DNA from: Octopus vulgaris
Taxonomy: Eukaryota
Assembly (NCBI GenBank): GCA_951406725.2
Contig: OX597824.1
Coordinates: forward strand, 29,512,001 to 29,576,000
Length of the DNA stretch: 64,000 nucleotides
Reading direction: 5' to 3'
In this document: piece after piece, positions 26,462-39,892 of the stretch
How the letters are laid out: each line of letters begins with the position of its first letter
How positions within the stretch are numbered: the stretch's first letter is position 1
The notes under the pieces: model-generated
Databases searched by the model: none
What the model was told of the DNA's origin: nothing
The model's input: only the letters and a program-made list of their open reading frames with translations
Position numbers and translations under genes: made by a program

Positions 26462-26612
26462 GACGGCCTTCTGTCACTTTTCGTCTACTAAGTCCGCTCA
26501 CCACGCTTTGATCTGCCCGACACTGTAGTAGAAGACGCCCGAAATTCCAAGTAGTGGGTCTGAACCCAGATCTATGTGGATCAGAAGCAAACTTTACCCC
26601 CCCCCCAGCTTT
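25366..26612 (-). mobile_element. CORE-like SINE split by nested insertions in its internal microsatellite
   Basis: SINE 3' part at ~25366-25480 and head at ~26458-26612, same orientation, about 1 kb apart. Confidence 0.6.
26071..26122 (+). ncRNA. Type-I hammerhead ribozyme motif (one core A deleted)
   Basis: GAGCTTC CTGATGA TTTC TTTT GAAT GA ACAG TTCTAGTC CTGT A GAAGCTC: 7-bp stem I, 4-bp helix III, GUA site; the adjacent inverted copy (26047-26069) retains GAAAC. Confidence 0.7.
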
Positions 26613-26726
26613 GCCTGTGCCTACATACACAGACACACACACATACAAATACACTCACATACACACACACACGCAAATACACTCACACACACACACACAC
26701 ATATACGAATATATGTTACTAATGAA

Positions 26727-26772
<46 letters not shown>

Positions 26773-27182
26773 CATACATGTATAATAAATATATACAACA
26801 TAAACCGGTGCACTCGCTCGCATTCATACATACTCACACACAGAAACACACACACAGACATACGTAACACACATCTCTTTCTCTCATTGACATATTCGTT
26901 GATGTCATTTTAACAGTACATTTATTGTATGAAAGTCAAATGAATGAAGTGTCAACGATTCAAAAACATTATTATGCTCTTCTGCTTTATTCCTACTGAA
27001 ATATACTATATATCGTACGTACATACATATATATAGAAGTACGTTATAAAAGGCAATCGTTTTGTTATTGATTAGAAGAACTGAAATATTTTTGATGTTG
27101 ATAAATGTGAACTGCTGACGCAATGGGAGCAGCACAGTTAAAACTGATGTGAGTAATAAATGGCTGAAACGAATCCCCAAAA

Positions 27183-27321
<139 letters not shown>

Positions 27322-27396
27322 GTATATATACATATATGCACATATATATACTGTGTTTGTGTTTGTGCAAATTTGTACGTACATATGTGTGTACTC

Positions 27397-27466
<70 letters not shown>

Positions 27467-27546
27467 TATACAGATAGCTAGATAGCTAGACAGATGGACA
27501 GACAGATAGGTAGGTAGGTAGGTAGATGTAGATATAGATATTTACT

Positions 27547-27589
<43 letters not shown>

Positions 27590-27718
27590 GTATATCTATG
27601 TCTAAATCTGTTGATACGAATATAGATAAGTGCCATGATATCTATATGTATGTACTGTATATGTGTGTGTATTTTACACAGGCGAATATACACACGGACT
27701 CGCACATATCTATATCAA

Positions 27719-27764
<46 letters not shown>

Positions 27765-27838
27765 TACACATACATATGCATATATATGTATATGTATACG
27801 CACACACACTCACAAAGACAACACACACACTCACAAAG

Positions 27839-27910
<72 letters not shown>

Positions 27911-29122
27911 TTCTTTTCGTAGTCTTTGTGGCAGATTTGTGCGGGGAAGTGGGGCCGCTGTAGTTGAAAAAAGCCCCACAGAAACAAACAACCATGAATT
28001 TGTGCCTTAAACTGGGTTAAAAAAAAATATAAGAATTAGCTACAATACTTATACCATACAAAAAATAACAAACAAGCAACAAACACGGCTGCCTTTCTGT
28101 TAGTTTCTGTTTAAAACTAGTAAGAATATCTCAAATTATGAATCACATCTCAATATACGAAATGATTTATAAAAGGTTTGTCGCGCGACTATTATATCTA
28201 TTGTAAATGTGCTGGAAAGATTTCAATTGTGACACCGTTATGGTACTCTCTCGTTGTTGATGTTTTTCTTTCTCAAGATAAAGAACCCAGCAGCAGACTT
28301 GAAGTGCCATAGTTTCATAGATCTTGCAGAAACACAGAAGACCGTCATTTGACAGGAAACGTCACCAATACGTTTCTGAATCTACGCTCATTTTTTTTCT
28401 TTTCTTTTTTTTTTATCTTTGCTAGGCCTGACAGTCTCCTTGTGTCTCTCCCTTTTCTTATGTGAGTGTTCTTTGCTATCTCACTCTATCTTACTATGAT
28501 TTTTCCCCGTGTCTTCTCTTTCGTCGTCTTTGCTTTTCATTCTCCGGAAATGTAGAAAAGAGAAAAAAAGAAAAAAAAGGCAGACGAAAAAAGCAAGAAT
28601 TAATTCTCAGTATATGTCTTCTGCTCAGACAGGTGAAAACAAAAACACTTGACAATTGCATTCATATGTATGCATATGTATGTGTGTACGTACACATGTA
28701 TGTATGTACGCATGTACGTATGAGTGTATATATCAGGGTGTGTATACATACATTTATATATATATATATTTGTATATATATATATATACATTCCCACCCT
28801 CACACATACACACACACATATTATGCCTATGTATAAGATATACGTGTGTACATATAGATATTTACATTTGTGTCTGTGCGTGCATATTGTGTATTTGCGT
28901 GTATATAAATTTATATATATACATATGTGTATGAATACACACACATACACACAGATATATATATATATATATATTGAGCGTCTGCTAATACTTTGCATGT
29001 ACCACGTCCTCACGTTGTTTTTTCTTGTGTTTGTGATTTTACTTGGTTTTTTATTATTAACTATATATATATATATATATACATATATATACATATATAT
29101 GTGTATGAATCTCTCTCTCCCT

Positions 29123-29202
<80 letters not shown>

Positions 29203-29575
29203 CATATATATAATCTGTGTAAGTTCAGACGTACATTGCATGTATGTGTGAGCACGCATATACACATATGTGTGCTCGTCTCTGTGTGTAAATGGACATT
29301 ATTATTATTGTGTTTATGGATGATATATATTCATACACAGATCAATATAAACATATTCTAAGGAGTTACTTCTGTCAGCAAACTACAGATCTAGATGCAA
29401 TCCTAAGAATACTTATAGATATACAAGCACAAAGCTATGTAAAGCAAATTGAGGTTTATCAGGTAACTCGGCTAAATGTTGTAAAGTACAAATGCAGGTG
29501 TTTGGGATATAAAAGGACTTTACATGAGTGACCTCTGCTTAATCTAGAATTAACATCTGAAATATATCCAAGACC

Positions 29576-29739
29576 TAGGAGCGGCTGTGTAGTAAGTAGC
29601 TTTCTTACGAACGACATGGTTCCGGGTTCCGTTCCACTGTGTGGCGTCTTGAGCAAGTGTCTTCTACTATAGCATCGGGCTGAAAAAAAACCTTGTGAGT
29701 GGATTTGGTAGACAGAAACTGAAAGAAGCCCGTCGTATA

Positions 29740-29782
<43 letters not shown>

Positions 29783-30040
29783 GTATATATGTTGCGCGCA
29801 CACGTGTGTTTGTGTGCGTGTGTGTGAGTATGTATTTGCGTGTTTGTGTTTGTCCTCTCCCCATCGCTTCACAAACGATGTCGGTGTGTTTACGTTCCCG
29901 TAACTTAGCGGTTCGGCAAAAGATACCGATAGAATAAGCACTACGCTTACAAAGAATAAGTCCTAGGGTTGATTTGTTCAACTAAAAAGCTGTGCTCCAA
30001 CATGACCGCAGTCAAATGACTGAAACAAGTAAAAGAATAA
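29576..30040 (+). mobile_element. CORE-like tRNA SINE
   Basis: Same family as 6-416. Confidence 0.8.
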
Positions 30041-30187
30041 AGGCGGTGAGCTGTGTGAATCATTAGGACACGGAGCAAAAAGCTTAGCGCATTTCGTCCG
30101 TGCTTACTTTCTGAATTCATTTAGCATTATTGCATTGCTAAGTATCTTTCACATTTGCTTTATTGGTATTGTTGTTGTTGTTGTTGC

Positions 30188-30220
<33 letters not shown>

Positions 30221-30221
<1 letters not shown>

Positions 30222-30427
30222 CTATGTTTGACTTTTGCTTTACATTCGTACAAGTTGGCTCAAAGTCTTACCCAGAGACCTCAAGAGACAACAAGCTGGA
30301 AGTTCATATTGGTGTTATGCCTAGGGTGCCATATAGTTGGTTTTGTACTTAGTGTTGTACTAGTGAATGTCTAAAGAACCATACGAAAATTATGTTTGTT
30401 TTAAAACTTGAGACTACATAGAAAGTA
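30221..30427 (-). mobile_element. 3' UTR fragment of the R4/Dong-type LINE, between (TTG)n and (TTA)n
   Basis: Reverse complement of ~4675-4877 (CTATGTTTGACTTTTGCTTTA...AGAGACCTCAAGAGACAAC). Confidence 0.85.
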
Positions 30428-30493
30428 TTATTATTATTATTATTATCATCATCATCATCATCATCATCATCGTCATCATCATCATCATCATCA

Positions 30494-30537
<44 letters not shown>

Positions 30538-30970
30538 ATTATGTGTCCTTGAGATGCCTGCTGAAGATACAGAATGAATTTAGTAAACTGTTTCTTCTCA
30601 TCTCTTTCGGCTGGGGAGCGTAGGCTCGAAACGTCAAGGATTTTTCCATTCTTCCATCTGCTTGTTGTTCACTCACCTGTCATCGTTTCCTGTTCTTTGT
30701 TTTTTTCTTGCAAATTTGAACTATGAATATGTGTGTGCGTGTATGTTTTCTTTTTGTTTTTGTGTGCGCATGTGCGTGTGTTTGTGTGAGTTTTTTGTCC
30801 TGCACCACCACCGCCTGATAACCAGTGTTGCTTAAAATAAACACCAAAATTAGAAAACTAGTACTGGGGTCGATTTGTTCGACTAAACTCTTTCAGGTGG
30901 TACTCCAGCATGGCTGCGGTCCAGTGACCAAAACAAATATAAGATATAGGATAAACGATATCTAACGCAA

Positions 30971-31201
30971 GGTGGCGAGCTGGCAGAATCGTTAGCACGC
31001 CGGGCGAAATGCGTAGCCGTATTTCGTCTGCCGTTACGTTCTGAGTTCAAATTCCGCCGAGGTCGACTTTGCCTTTCATCCTTTCGGGGTCGATAAATTA
31101 AGTACCAGTTACACACTGGGGTCGATATAATCGACTTAATCCGTTTGTATGTCCTTGTTTGTCTCCTCTGTGTTTAGCCCCTTGTGGGTAGTAAAGAAAT
31201 A
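30971..31201 (+). mobile_element. Full-length MetaSINE-like SINE with 14-bp TSD
   Basis: TSD GATATCTAACGCAA at 30957-30970 and 31202-31215; central block GCCTTTCATCCTTTCGGGGTCGATAAATTAAGTACC. Confidence 0.9.
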
Positions 31202-31787
31202 GATATCTAACGCAAATGATATTAGAAGTTTTTTTTTCAAACAATTTAAATTACAATGATAAAACATTCAATTCCGTTGATAGACTCTTGGAATTAATTA
31301 AATAAAAGAAAATATATATTGCAGGAACGGCGACAAGCAACGGGAGAGTCGGTTTGGAAACATATCTCACTGCATCTTGTTGACGATCTCATTCACTTTC
31401 CTCAACAAGATGAAGATAACATCTGAAGAGAACTTTGTTTCGATGACATATTGCGATAAAGATGTTTGTGATTTATTTGCATCACTTTCATGAGAATTAA
31501 ATGTTCGTCACTTTCGTAATTTAGATCAACAGCTTGCTTCAAAGGAAAGCAGACGTTTGAGAAAGAAGTCGTTGAGATTGCAGAAGTGAGAGAAAACGTC
31601 TGCTTTAAATGCATTTTATGTTGGGAGTTCAATTACTTAATAACAGATACAAATATTCACACACACACAAACAAGCACAGACACACACACACACGCACAC
31701 ATACGTACACACATTTGTATATGGAGAAATATAGATATATTAAAATCTAAATATGATGTTAAGTTACCTCTGTGTTTGTGTGTGTAC

Positions 31788-31831
<44 letters not shown>

Positions 31832-31921
31832 GTATATTATTTATCATATTATTACATAATCGAACACCACGTATCCTTTTCCATGTATATATATATATAT
31901 ATATTTATATGTATGTATGTA

Positions 31922-31956
<35 letters not shown>

Positions 31957-31998
31957 ATATCTATCTATCTATCTATCTATCTATATATATATATATAC

Positions 31999-32032
<34 letters not shown>

Positions 32033-32468
32033 TCCTATGAAGATTGTAATTTCAACAAAACTTAGACAAAAGTCTTCGTAGCTACCTGCAGCTGCATAAA
32101 GAGATTAAAAAAATTAAAAGCTTCAAATATAATTGAAATCAGTCCGAATAAATATTTTTGAAGAAATGTATTCAAAAACCCATATTTTCTCCTTGTTTTC
32201 AGGAATTTTGGTTCATTTTATTTATACTCCGTTGATGTCTCTCTCTCTCTCTCACTTATATTATTATATTATAATATAATATATTTTTTATACTGTATTA
32301 TCAAATCAAAACGAGTATTTTGAAAAGTTTCTACCAATTATTGTATTTATAATACAAAATATAAAATCAATATGATTTCACATAAAGAATAAACCCTGAT
32401 AATCAATTATATAGTATATACGTATATATATATATACACATACATTCATACAAAGCAATATATACATA

Positions 32469-32514
<46 letters not shown>

Positions 32515-32895
32515 TATATCAATAATAATAAAGGGTAAAATTAATTAATTAATTAATTAATTAATAATTAATAATTTTACCAAGTAGTTCGGTATGTTAA
32601 AAGAACCATTAGCGGTAAACTTATACAGAAATTCTATAATTATAAATATAATTATAATTAGGGTTCGACAAAAATTTGCTTCACCACATACCGAAATTTA
32701 GAAATACCAGTTAAAACTAACTATTTCACTACCATAAGAAAATCTCCCAGACTGCAATGCTCAACAACTCATATGTCTGTGTACATGTGTATGTATGTAT
32801 GTATGTATGTATGTATGTATGTATGTATGTATGTATGTATGTATGTATGTATGTATGTATGTATGTATGTATGTATGTATGTATGTATCTATCTA

Positions 32896-32948
<53 letters not shown>

Positions 32949-33374
32949 AGAGAGAGAGAGAAAGAGAGAGAGATGTATTTCTGTTTGTGCGTGTGTATAT
33001 ATATATGTACACACACACATATACACGCATACATATTGGTAGCCAGAGTCGTTAAAGAGTCCAGTAACTTGCTTTACGTTAATCGTCTCGGCTTTATGCA
33101 CGCTGGGTTCGAATACCGCAGAAGTCACCATTGCTTTTCATCAATTATTGTTCGATAAATAAAGTACCAGTTCTGTACTAGGCGGAATCTTATCTTTTTA
33201 TTACTGTTTTTTTCTCACCTCTTTTTCACCTCCTGGAACATATAGGTTATAGTTAGACATGAAGGAAGATAAACATCACTAGGTCTAAATTACCAAAGAC
33301 ACACTGGTTTTATGTCGCTGCGGGTCCATTGTGAATACATAAAATCTTACCATATATACCATGCTACTGCATGG

Positions 33375-33444
<70 letters not shown>

Positions 33445-33549
33445 TGTGTGTGTGTATGTGTGTGTGTGTGTCTGTGTGTCTGTGTGTGTGTTTGTATATA
33501 CATATATATGTGTATATATATATATATATACACACACCTCAATACTCAA

Positions 33550-34032
33550 GTGCTTTTTATTTCATCAACCCCGAAGGGGTCAAAGACAAAGTCGAACTAA
33601 GCACTAAGCATTTTGTGCGACGCGCTACTTAATATGCTAGCTAGTAGCCTGAAATAATCCTTTCTACTAAATTTGGTGGGGGAAGAACTCGTCAAATACA
33701 CCAATCCCGTTGGTACTTATTTTATCGACCCCGAAAAGATGAAAGTAAAGTTGATCTTGGCGGAATTTGAACTCAGAACATTAATACTGATAAAGCGCCG
33801 CTAAGCATTTTGCCTGGCGTGCTATTGATTCTGCTAGTTCACCGCCTTTAGTTGTCTGAAATTATCCTGCAGAAGGCCTGAAATTTGTGGGGAGTTGATT
33901 ATATCGAGCCCCAATGTTTCACTGGCACTTAATTTATCAACCCTGAAAGGATAAAAAGCAAAGTCGACCTCGGCAGAATTTGAGCTCATAACGTAGTGAC
34001 GGGCGAAATACCTATTTCTTTACTACCCACAG
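33550..34032 (-). mobile_element. Cluster of three MetaSINE-like fragments
   Basis: ATC.ACCCC/TGAAAG...GGCGGAATTTGAACTCA-type block repeated. Confidence 0.7.
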
Positions 34033-34912
34033 GTTTACTCATTCACAGTTGAATATAGTGGAGTAACATGAAATGCAGTGTTATGTTTAAAGGACACACG
34101 TACCGCTCGGCTCGGGAATCGAAACCACAATCTAGCAAGCGTAAGTACAACATCCTAAGCACTTAGCCACACACATTCACTTTTAGTTTCTCTAGAATCT
34201 TACAAAAAGTCAAGAATCACATATGCTCCTAACGTTTGTTATTTGATTAACAAGCGGGGTTTCATTAATGACTAGACACATTCTCTCCAAAACAGTTTCA
34301 TTCAGGGACATCAATTTGTTTGTTCTTTCCCTTCTGTATTTTTAATATTTGTATGTTTTTTTTCTTTGGCATCTTGGCGAGGTGCTTCCATAATTACAAT
34401 TTGTTCTTCAGTAATTAACAAACAGTTCTTGCTTTATGTCTCCTAATTCCACCATTCTATACCTCTTTCTTTTCTTTTGCTTTCACAAAGAATCCACAAA
34501 AGTCAATGTTTACTGTACATGTCTCCATAATCCGCTTGATACATCACTGGTAAATAACCAATATTTAAACTTTGCCGTATCAATAACATTAGTTACGGAA
34601 GTTAAGAGCTTCCGTTCTTAATATCCGGCTGCAATTATTAACACTGAATGGTTTGGTCCAATTGACCAATCACAGCAGCCATTTTAGCTTTTAATGTTTT
34701 GTTTCCCCGTAAGATTTTGAGATAATCATCCAATATTACACAGACATGCTAAATAACGCTCTAAACTGCAATAGTACTATTTATACGGAATGGCTATTTG
34801 GCACAGAATCTGGAACAGCGAACAAAATCTTATACTCAGTGGAAATGTCTTAATTCTTTTATCAGATGTCGTATATGATTAGTTATATATTACTGTTACT
34901 GTTAAGTACAAA

Positions 34913-35240
34913 GGCGCATGGCTCAGTGGTTAGAGCGTCGAGCTTACGAACGTGAGGTTGTGAGCTCGAATCCCGGACCGGGCTGCGTGCTTGTGTTCTT
35001 GAGCAAGACACTTTATTTCACGTTGCTCCAGTTCACTCAGCTGTAGAAATGAGTTGCGACGTCACTTGTGCCAAGCTGTATCGACCTTTGTCTTTCCCTT
35101 GATAACACTGGTGGCGTGGAGAGGGGAGGCTGTTATGCATGGGCGACTGCTGGTCTTCCATAAACAACCTCGCCTGGACTTATGTCTTTCTAGGTGCAAT
35201 CCCATGGTCTGTGTCGTGACCGAAGGGGGTCTACGTCTAC
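34913..35240 (+). mobile_element. tRNA-derived SINE with V-domain-like block
   Basis: GGCGCATGGCTCAGTGGTTAGAGCG...GAGCTCGAATCC; GTGTTCTTGAGCAAGACACTT...CTCCAGTTCACTCAGCTGTA; flanked by TAAGTACAAA duplication. Confidence 0.8.
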
Positions 35241-35252
35241 GTCTAAGTACAA

Positions 35253-35485
35253 AGGCGGCGAACTGGCAGAAACGTTAGCACGCCGGGTGAAATGTGTAGC
35301 CGTATTTCGTCTGTCGTTACATTCCAAGTTCAAATTCCGCCGAGGTCGACTTTGCCTTTCATCCTTCCGGGGTCGATAATTTAAGTACCAGTTACGCACT
35401 GGAGTCGATGTAATCGACTTAATTCCTTTGTCTGTCCTTGTTTGTCCTCTCTGTGTTTAGCCCCTTGTGGGCAATAAAGAAAAAA
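35253..35485 (+). mobile_element. Full-length MetaSINE-like SINE
   Basis: Near-identical to 30971-31201; TGTTACTGTTAAG flanks the V+Meta composite. Confidence 0.9.
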
Positions 35486-35631
35486 AATATGTTACTGTTA
35501 AGGTTATTTTTGAATGAATATATCTTCAGACTCTGGCTTGGTTGTATGGTTAAGAAGCTCGCTTTGCATACGTCACAGTTTCTGTGTGACAAAAAGAGGC
35601 AGACACATACAATCATGTGTGTGTGTGTGTG

Positions 35632-35887
35632 TAGTACTAAGCATAAGGACGCACAGGGCATCTAACCTGTTTAGAAATAGGGGTTAAAGTCTCAAAGAAA
35701 CCACCAGTAGCACTGAAAATATAATAAAGAACAACAGGAAGCGGGCGAACGAAGAGAACAACAGTAAGCGTTCGCCTGCTTATGTTGTTCTCCGTCATAT
35801 TCTCAGTGTGATCGGTGGTTCATTTGGGACTTTGACTGCTATTTCTAAACAGGTAAGACGCCCTGGGCGTCCTTACGCTTCGCGCTA
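35632..35887. mobile_element. ~255-bp fold-back element (MITE-like)
   Basis: Arms of ~120 bp pair along their length (TAAGGACGCACAGGGCATCTAACCTGTTTAGAAATAG / CTATTTCTAAACAGGTAAGACGCCCTGGGCGTCCTTA) around a ~17-nt loop; TA at both ends. Confidence 0.75.
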
Positions 35888-36152
35888 ATTTTAATTTTAT
35901 AGCTATTTGATGCTATTTGATATTGTAACTACCTATATTATTGTTATTATTTTATTATTATCAATCTCTTATCTTTACCACAGATAATATTAACAATAAT
36001 AACTAATAATGCCTTTATGAATGTTCATATCTGAATTGCCACTTCTTGTATATATATATATATATATATACTTTATTTAAAAGCATATTACTCTACCCCT
36101 GGTATTTGAGTACTCTTTTTTCTATCTTGTTTCACATTTATGTGTTTACTCT

Positions 36153-36200
<48 letters not shown>

Positions 36201-36422
36201 TGTTTGTATATATGTATCTATATATATATATAAAATATATGTATGTATATATAAAAGAATATATATATATATAGATTTTTAACCGCATATCCATACCTCC
36301 GCCTATTGTACAAAAACAAACTTGATTAAGAAACCAATACTACACAATCAGTTTCTTCATTCCGATTAACATACACACACACACACACAAACCCACACAC
36401 TCAAACACACACACACACACAC

Positions 36423-36476
<54 letters not shown>

Positions 36477-36482
36477 TTTTAT

Positions 36483-36706
36483 TCTTTTATTCTTTTACTT
36501 GTTTCAGCCATTTGACTGCGGCCATGATGGAGTACCGCCTTTAGTCAAACAAATCGAACTTAGCACCTATTCTTTGTAAGCCTAATACTTATTCTATCGG
36601 TCTCTTTTGCCGAACCGCTATGTTATGGGGGTGGGGGTGGACACAGTAGCATCAGTTGTCAAGCAACGGTGGAGGGACAAACACAAATACACAAATACAT
36701 ACATAC

Positions 36707-36787
<81 letters not shown>

Positions 36788-36961
36788 AATGTATGTATAT
36801 GTATTCACACACATACGATGGGCTTCTTTCAGTTTTCGTCTATTAAGGCTTTGGTCGGTCCGAGGCTATAGTAGAAGACACTTGCCCCAGGTGCCACGCA
36901 GTGAGACTGAACTCGGATTCATGTGGTTGGGAAGCCAGCTTCTCACCACACAACCACTCCT
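36483..36961 (-). mobile_element. CORE-like tRNA SINE
   Basis: Same family as 6-416. Confidence 0.8.
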
Positions 36962-36989
36962 GAACCTATATATTATATAGATTATATAT

Positions 36990-37249
36990 CACTTTGATCA
37001 CTTTGACCGACCAGTCTGTCAGGCGTCCATTTGACACCGCTGGTCGCAGCACGCTGTCCACTCCTCTCTGGATCGCGCCTTTCTCATCCACGTTGAGAGA
37101 GCACATAAGTAGCAAGAGCATCAGAAAGAAGTCCGGCGTGAGAGATGTCATCGGAGAGTATACACGCAGCAAGTATAGATGGGCTGGACACGTCGCCCGG
37201 CTCACCGATAATCGGTGGACAGACGCAGTTATCGAGTGGTACCTGCGTG
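36990..37249 (-). mobile_element. 5'-truncated, internally inverted RTE-clade LINE with 11-bp TSD
   Basis: + strand ~37090-37249 encodes IRKKSGVRDVI...KYRWAGHVARLTDNRWT..VIEW (RTE C-terminus); - strand 37090-36990 encodes ARSREEWTACCDQRCQMDA* plus a (CAAAGTGAT)2 tail; AGATTATATAT at 36979-36989 and 37250-37260. Confidence 0.8.
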
Positions 37250-37276
37250 AGATTATATATATAATAGATTAATAAA

Positions 37277-37650
37277 ACAGAAGATGGATTAGGTATTAGT
37301 TTTTATTCCGTACGACGATCGCTTCGGCCCAGCCTAAGACTGGGGTGATGTGCATCATATTGTGCTACGTCAATTTTGCAGTAAGGGCCATGCCAGGTTC
37401 ATGCATATATAAATTAGTGCTCCCCTAAAAGTACAGAGCTCAGGAAGTCTCCGAAACGAAGCGGGTAAATACCAACACCACTACCTCAACTCTATATTTC
37501 TAATGGGACACCACTCTATGTATACATACACCTGACGTGTCACTGACTGCATAACTGATGTAACACATACGCATTCGAATAAAGACACTAAGGGATGATT
37601 CGAAACAATCATCGTACGGATTAAAGACTAATACCACATACATCTTCTGA
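37277..37650. repeat. Element with ~50-bp imperfect inverted termini
   Basis: CAGAAGATG..GGTATTAGT..TCCGTACGACGATCGCTTCG versus CGAAACAATCATCGTACGGA..ACTAATACC..CATCTTCTG. Confidence 0.65.
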
Positions 37651-37846
37651 TTCCCTTAATTGATTATTATCTTAACCGACAATGCGGAATTCCTCAAGCA
37701 GATCCCACGGAAATATGCCCCAACTATGGATGATACCAGGTAGCACAAACCATGCTAGTGCTCTACTCAACACATCAACATAATAATCGACAAATACCCA
37801 TTAGTCCAAAAGATTACAAACACACACACACACACATACACACACA

Positions 37847-37892
<46 letters not shown>

Positions 37893-37978
37893 TGCATATA
37901 CTCGCACGTGTATACATACATATATATATATGTTCGCCCACATCGGGATCTTTCTTTCTTCTTTCTTCCTTCTCTTAT

Positions 37979-38013
37979 GTTTCCGACGAAGAGCTCCGCT
38001 CGAAACGTCATAC
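37979..38013 (+). ncRNA. Minimal type-I hammerhead motif (CCGACGA core)
   Basis: GTTT CCGACGA A GAGC TCC GCTC GAAAC GTC ATAC; loopless palindromic helix III (ACGT); related degenerate copies at 30604-30639 (+) and 53899-53931 (-). Confidence 0.6.
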
Positions 38014-38136
38014 CCTCCTTCTTCCATTTTTCCTGAGCGCCTAATAATAATAATACTTTAATTGTTCCACGTGTTGTTGGTTTTTCTGTTTTCCCGTTTG
38101 GATTAACCTTATATATATATATACATATATATATGT

Positions 38137-38178
<42 letters not shown>

Positions 38179-38180
<2 letters not shown>

Positions 38181-38446
38181 AGACGCAATGGCCCAGTGAT
38201 TAAGGCAGTGGACTCGCGGTCGTAGGGTCGCGGTTTCGATTCCCAGACCGGGCGTTGTGAGTGTTTATTGAGCAAAAGCACCTAAAGCTCCACGAGGCTC
38301 CGGCAGGGGGTGTTGGCGATCCCCGCTGTACTCTTACGCCAATTTTTTCTCTTACTCTTTCTTCAGTAGCGACATTTGAAGGCTAAAACAATGCGAAGCG
38401 CATTGTGACCGGCGAAGTGTAGCAACATCTGATAGCTTGGTCGGTG

Positions 38447-38450
<4 letters not shown>
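38179..38450 (+). mobile_element. OR-type tRNA SINE head with a different 3' tail
   Basis: First ~170 bp match 664-840, then diverge. Confidence 0.75.
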
Positions 38451-38494
<44 letters not shown>

Positions 38495-38769
38495 CGACGA
38501 TCTTCTAGATAGCTTATGTTTATAAAATGCTGAAGACAGTGTGATTGAACCTGAAACCACGTGGCTGGAAAACGAGCTTTATAATTAGACTGCCATGTCA
38601 ACGTATAAATATATATATGTGTGTGTGTTTGTGTGTGTGTGTGCACATGTGCACATATATACAGAATTACACACGCACGCAAAGACATATACATACATAC
38701 ATACTTAACATACAGATTTTGCATGTATACATACACACATATATATATATACATATCTATCTATCTCCC

Positions 38770-38876
<107 letters not shown>

Positions 38877-39219
38877 CCACACGCAATATACTCGATGTGT
38901 ATATCTGTACTTTACTGTCTAATGTGTCATTGTTGATGTTAGAAAATCGTTTCCTTCTGTGAAGTTTCCTGTTTTCATCGGTGAATTGTCGAGACAAAAT
39001 TATAGAATGATGACTTGTACATGCATATGTATATCCGTGTGTGTATATATATAAATATATATCATGTGTGTGTGTGTCCACGTGACCACGTGTCTACATG
39101 CGAAAATATGGCTACCTCCGGCAACAATCCCACTGACTTCTATGGTATGTGCGATCAGTTTATGGCTTCTTAGTGTCTTCATTCGATTTAGTCTGTTATT
39201 GATCATGTCTGTTTAGTCG

Positions 39220-39804
39220 CAGGCGTGGTTGTGTGGTGATGAGTTTGTTTCTAAGCCAAATGGTCCTGGGTTCAATCTCACAGCGTACCACATTAAGCAG
39301 GTGTTTTTTTACTATAGCCTTGTGCCTATCAAAATTGTGTGAGTGGATTTGGCAGAGGGAAATAGAAAGAAACCCGTTTTGTGTGTGTACATATATATAT
39401 ATAATGTGTATGTGTATGCATGCGTGTGTCTTTATGTCTATGTTTGTCTTCTTCTATCGCTTGACAACCGGTCTTCGTGTGCTTACGTTCTAGTAATTTA
39501 CGGTTTGGCAATAGCAACCGAAAGAATAAGTGCCACGCTTTAAAAAGTTTGACTAAAATCCCTCAAAGTCGTGTCCCAGCATGGCTGTACATGGCCGCAG
39601 TCTAATGACTGAAACAAGTTTAAAATAAATATATAAAATAAAGATGTATGAATACCTGTATTCATATATCTATATACATATTCATATCTACATTGCTGTG
39701 CGATAAGAAATTTGCTTCCCAGCCACTAGGTCTCAGGTTCAATCTCATAGAGTGACTTCTTTTCATCGAGAGTTTATTTGTAGACGGAAACTGGAAGAAG
39801 CTAA

Positions 39805-39892
<88 letters not shown>

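Noticed and set aside
27157-27180. CTGATGTG...GAAACGAATC hammerhead look-alike
   Set aside because: Core and stems I/III too degenerate to support
38530-38572. CTGAAGA...GAAACCACGTGG hammerhead look-alike
   Set aside because: Explained as a deleted, diverged CORE-like SINE head (GAAGACAC...CTGAACC.GGAACCATGTGG); no stem I or UH site
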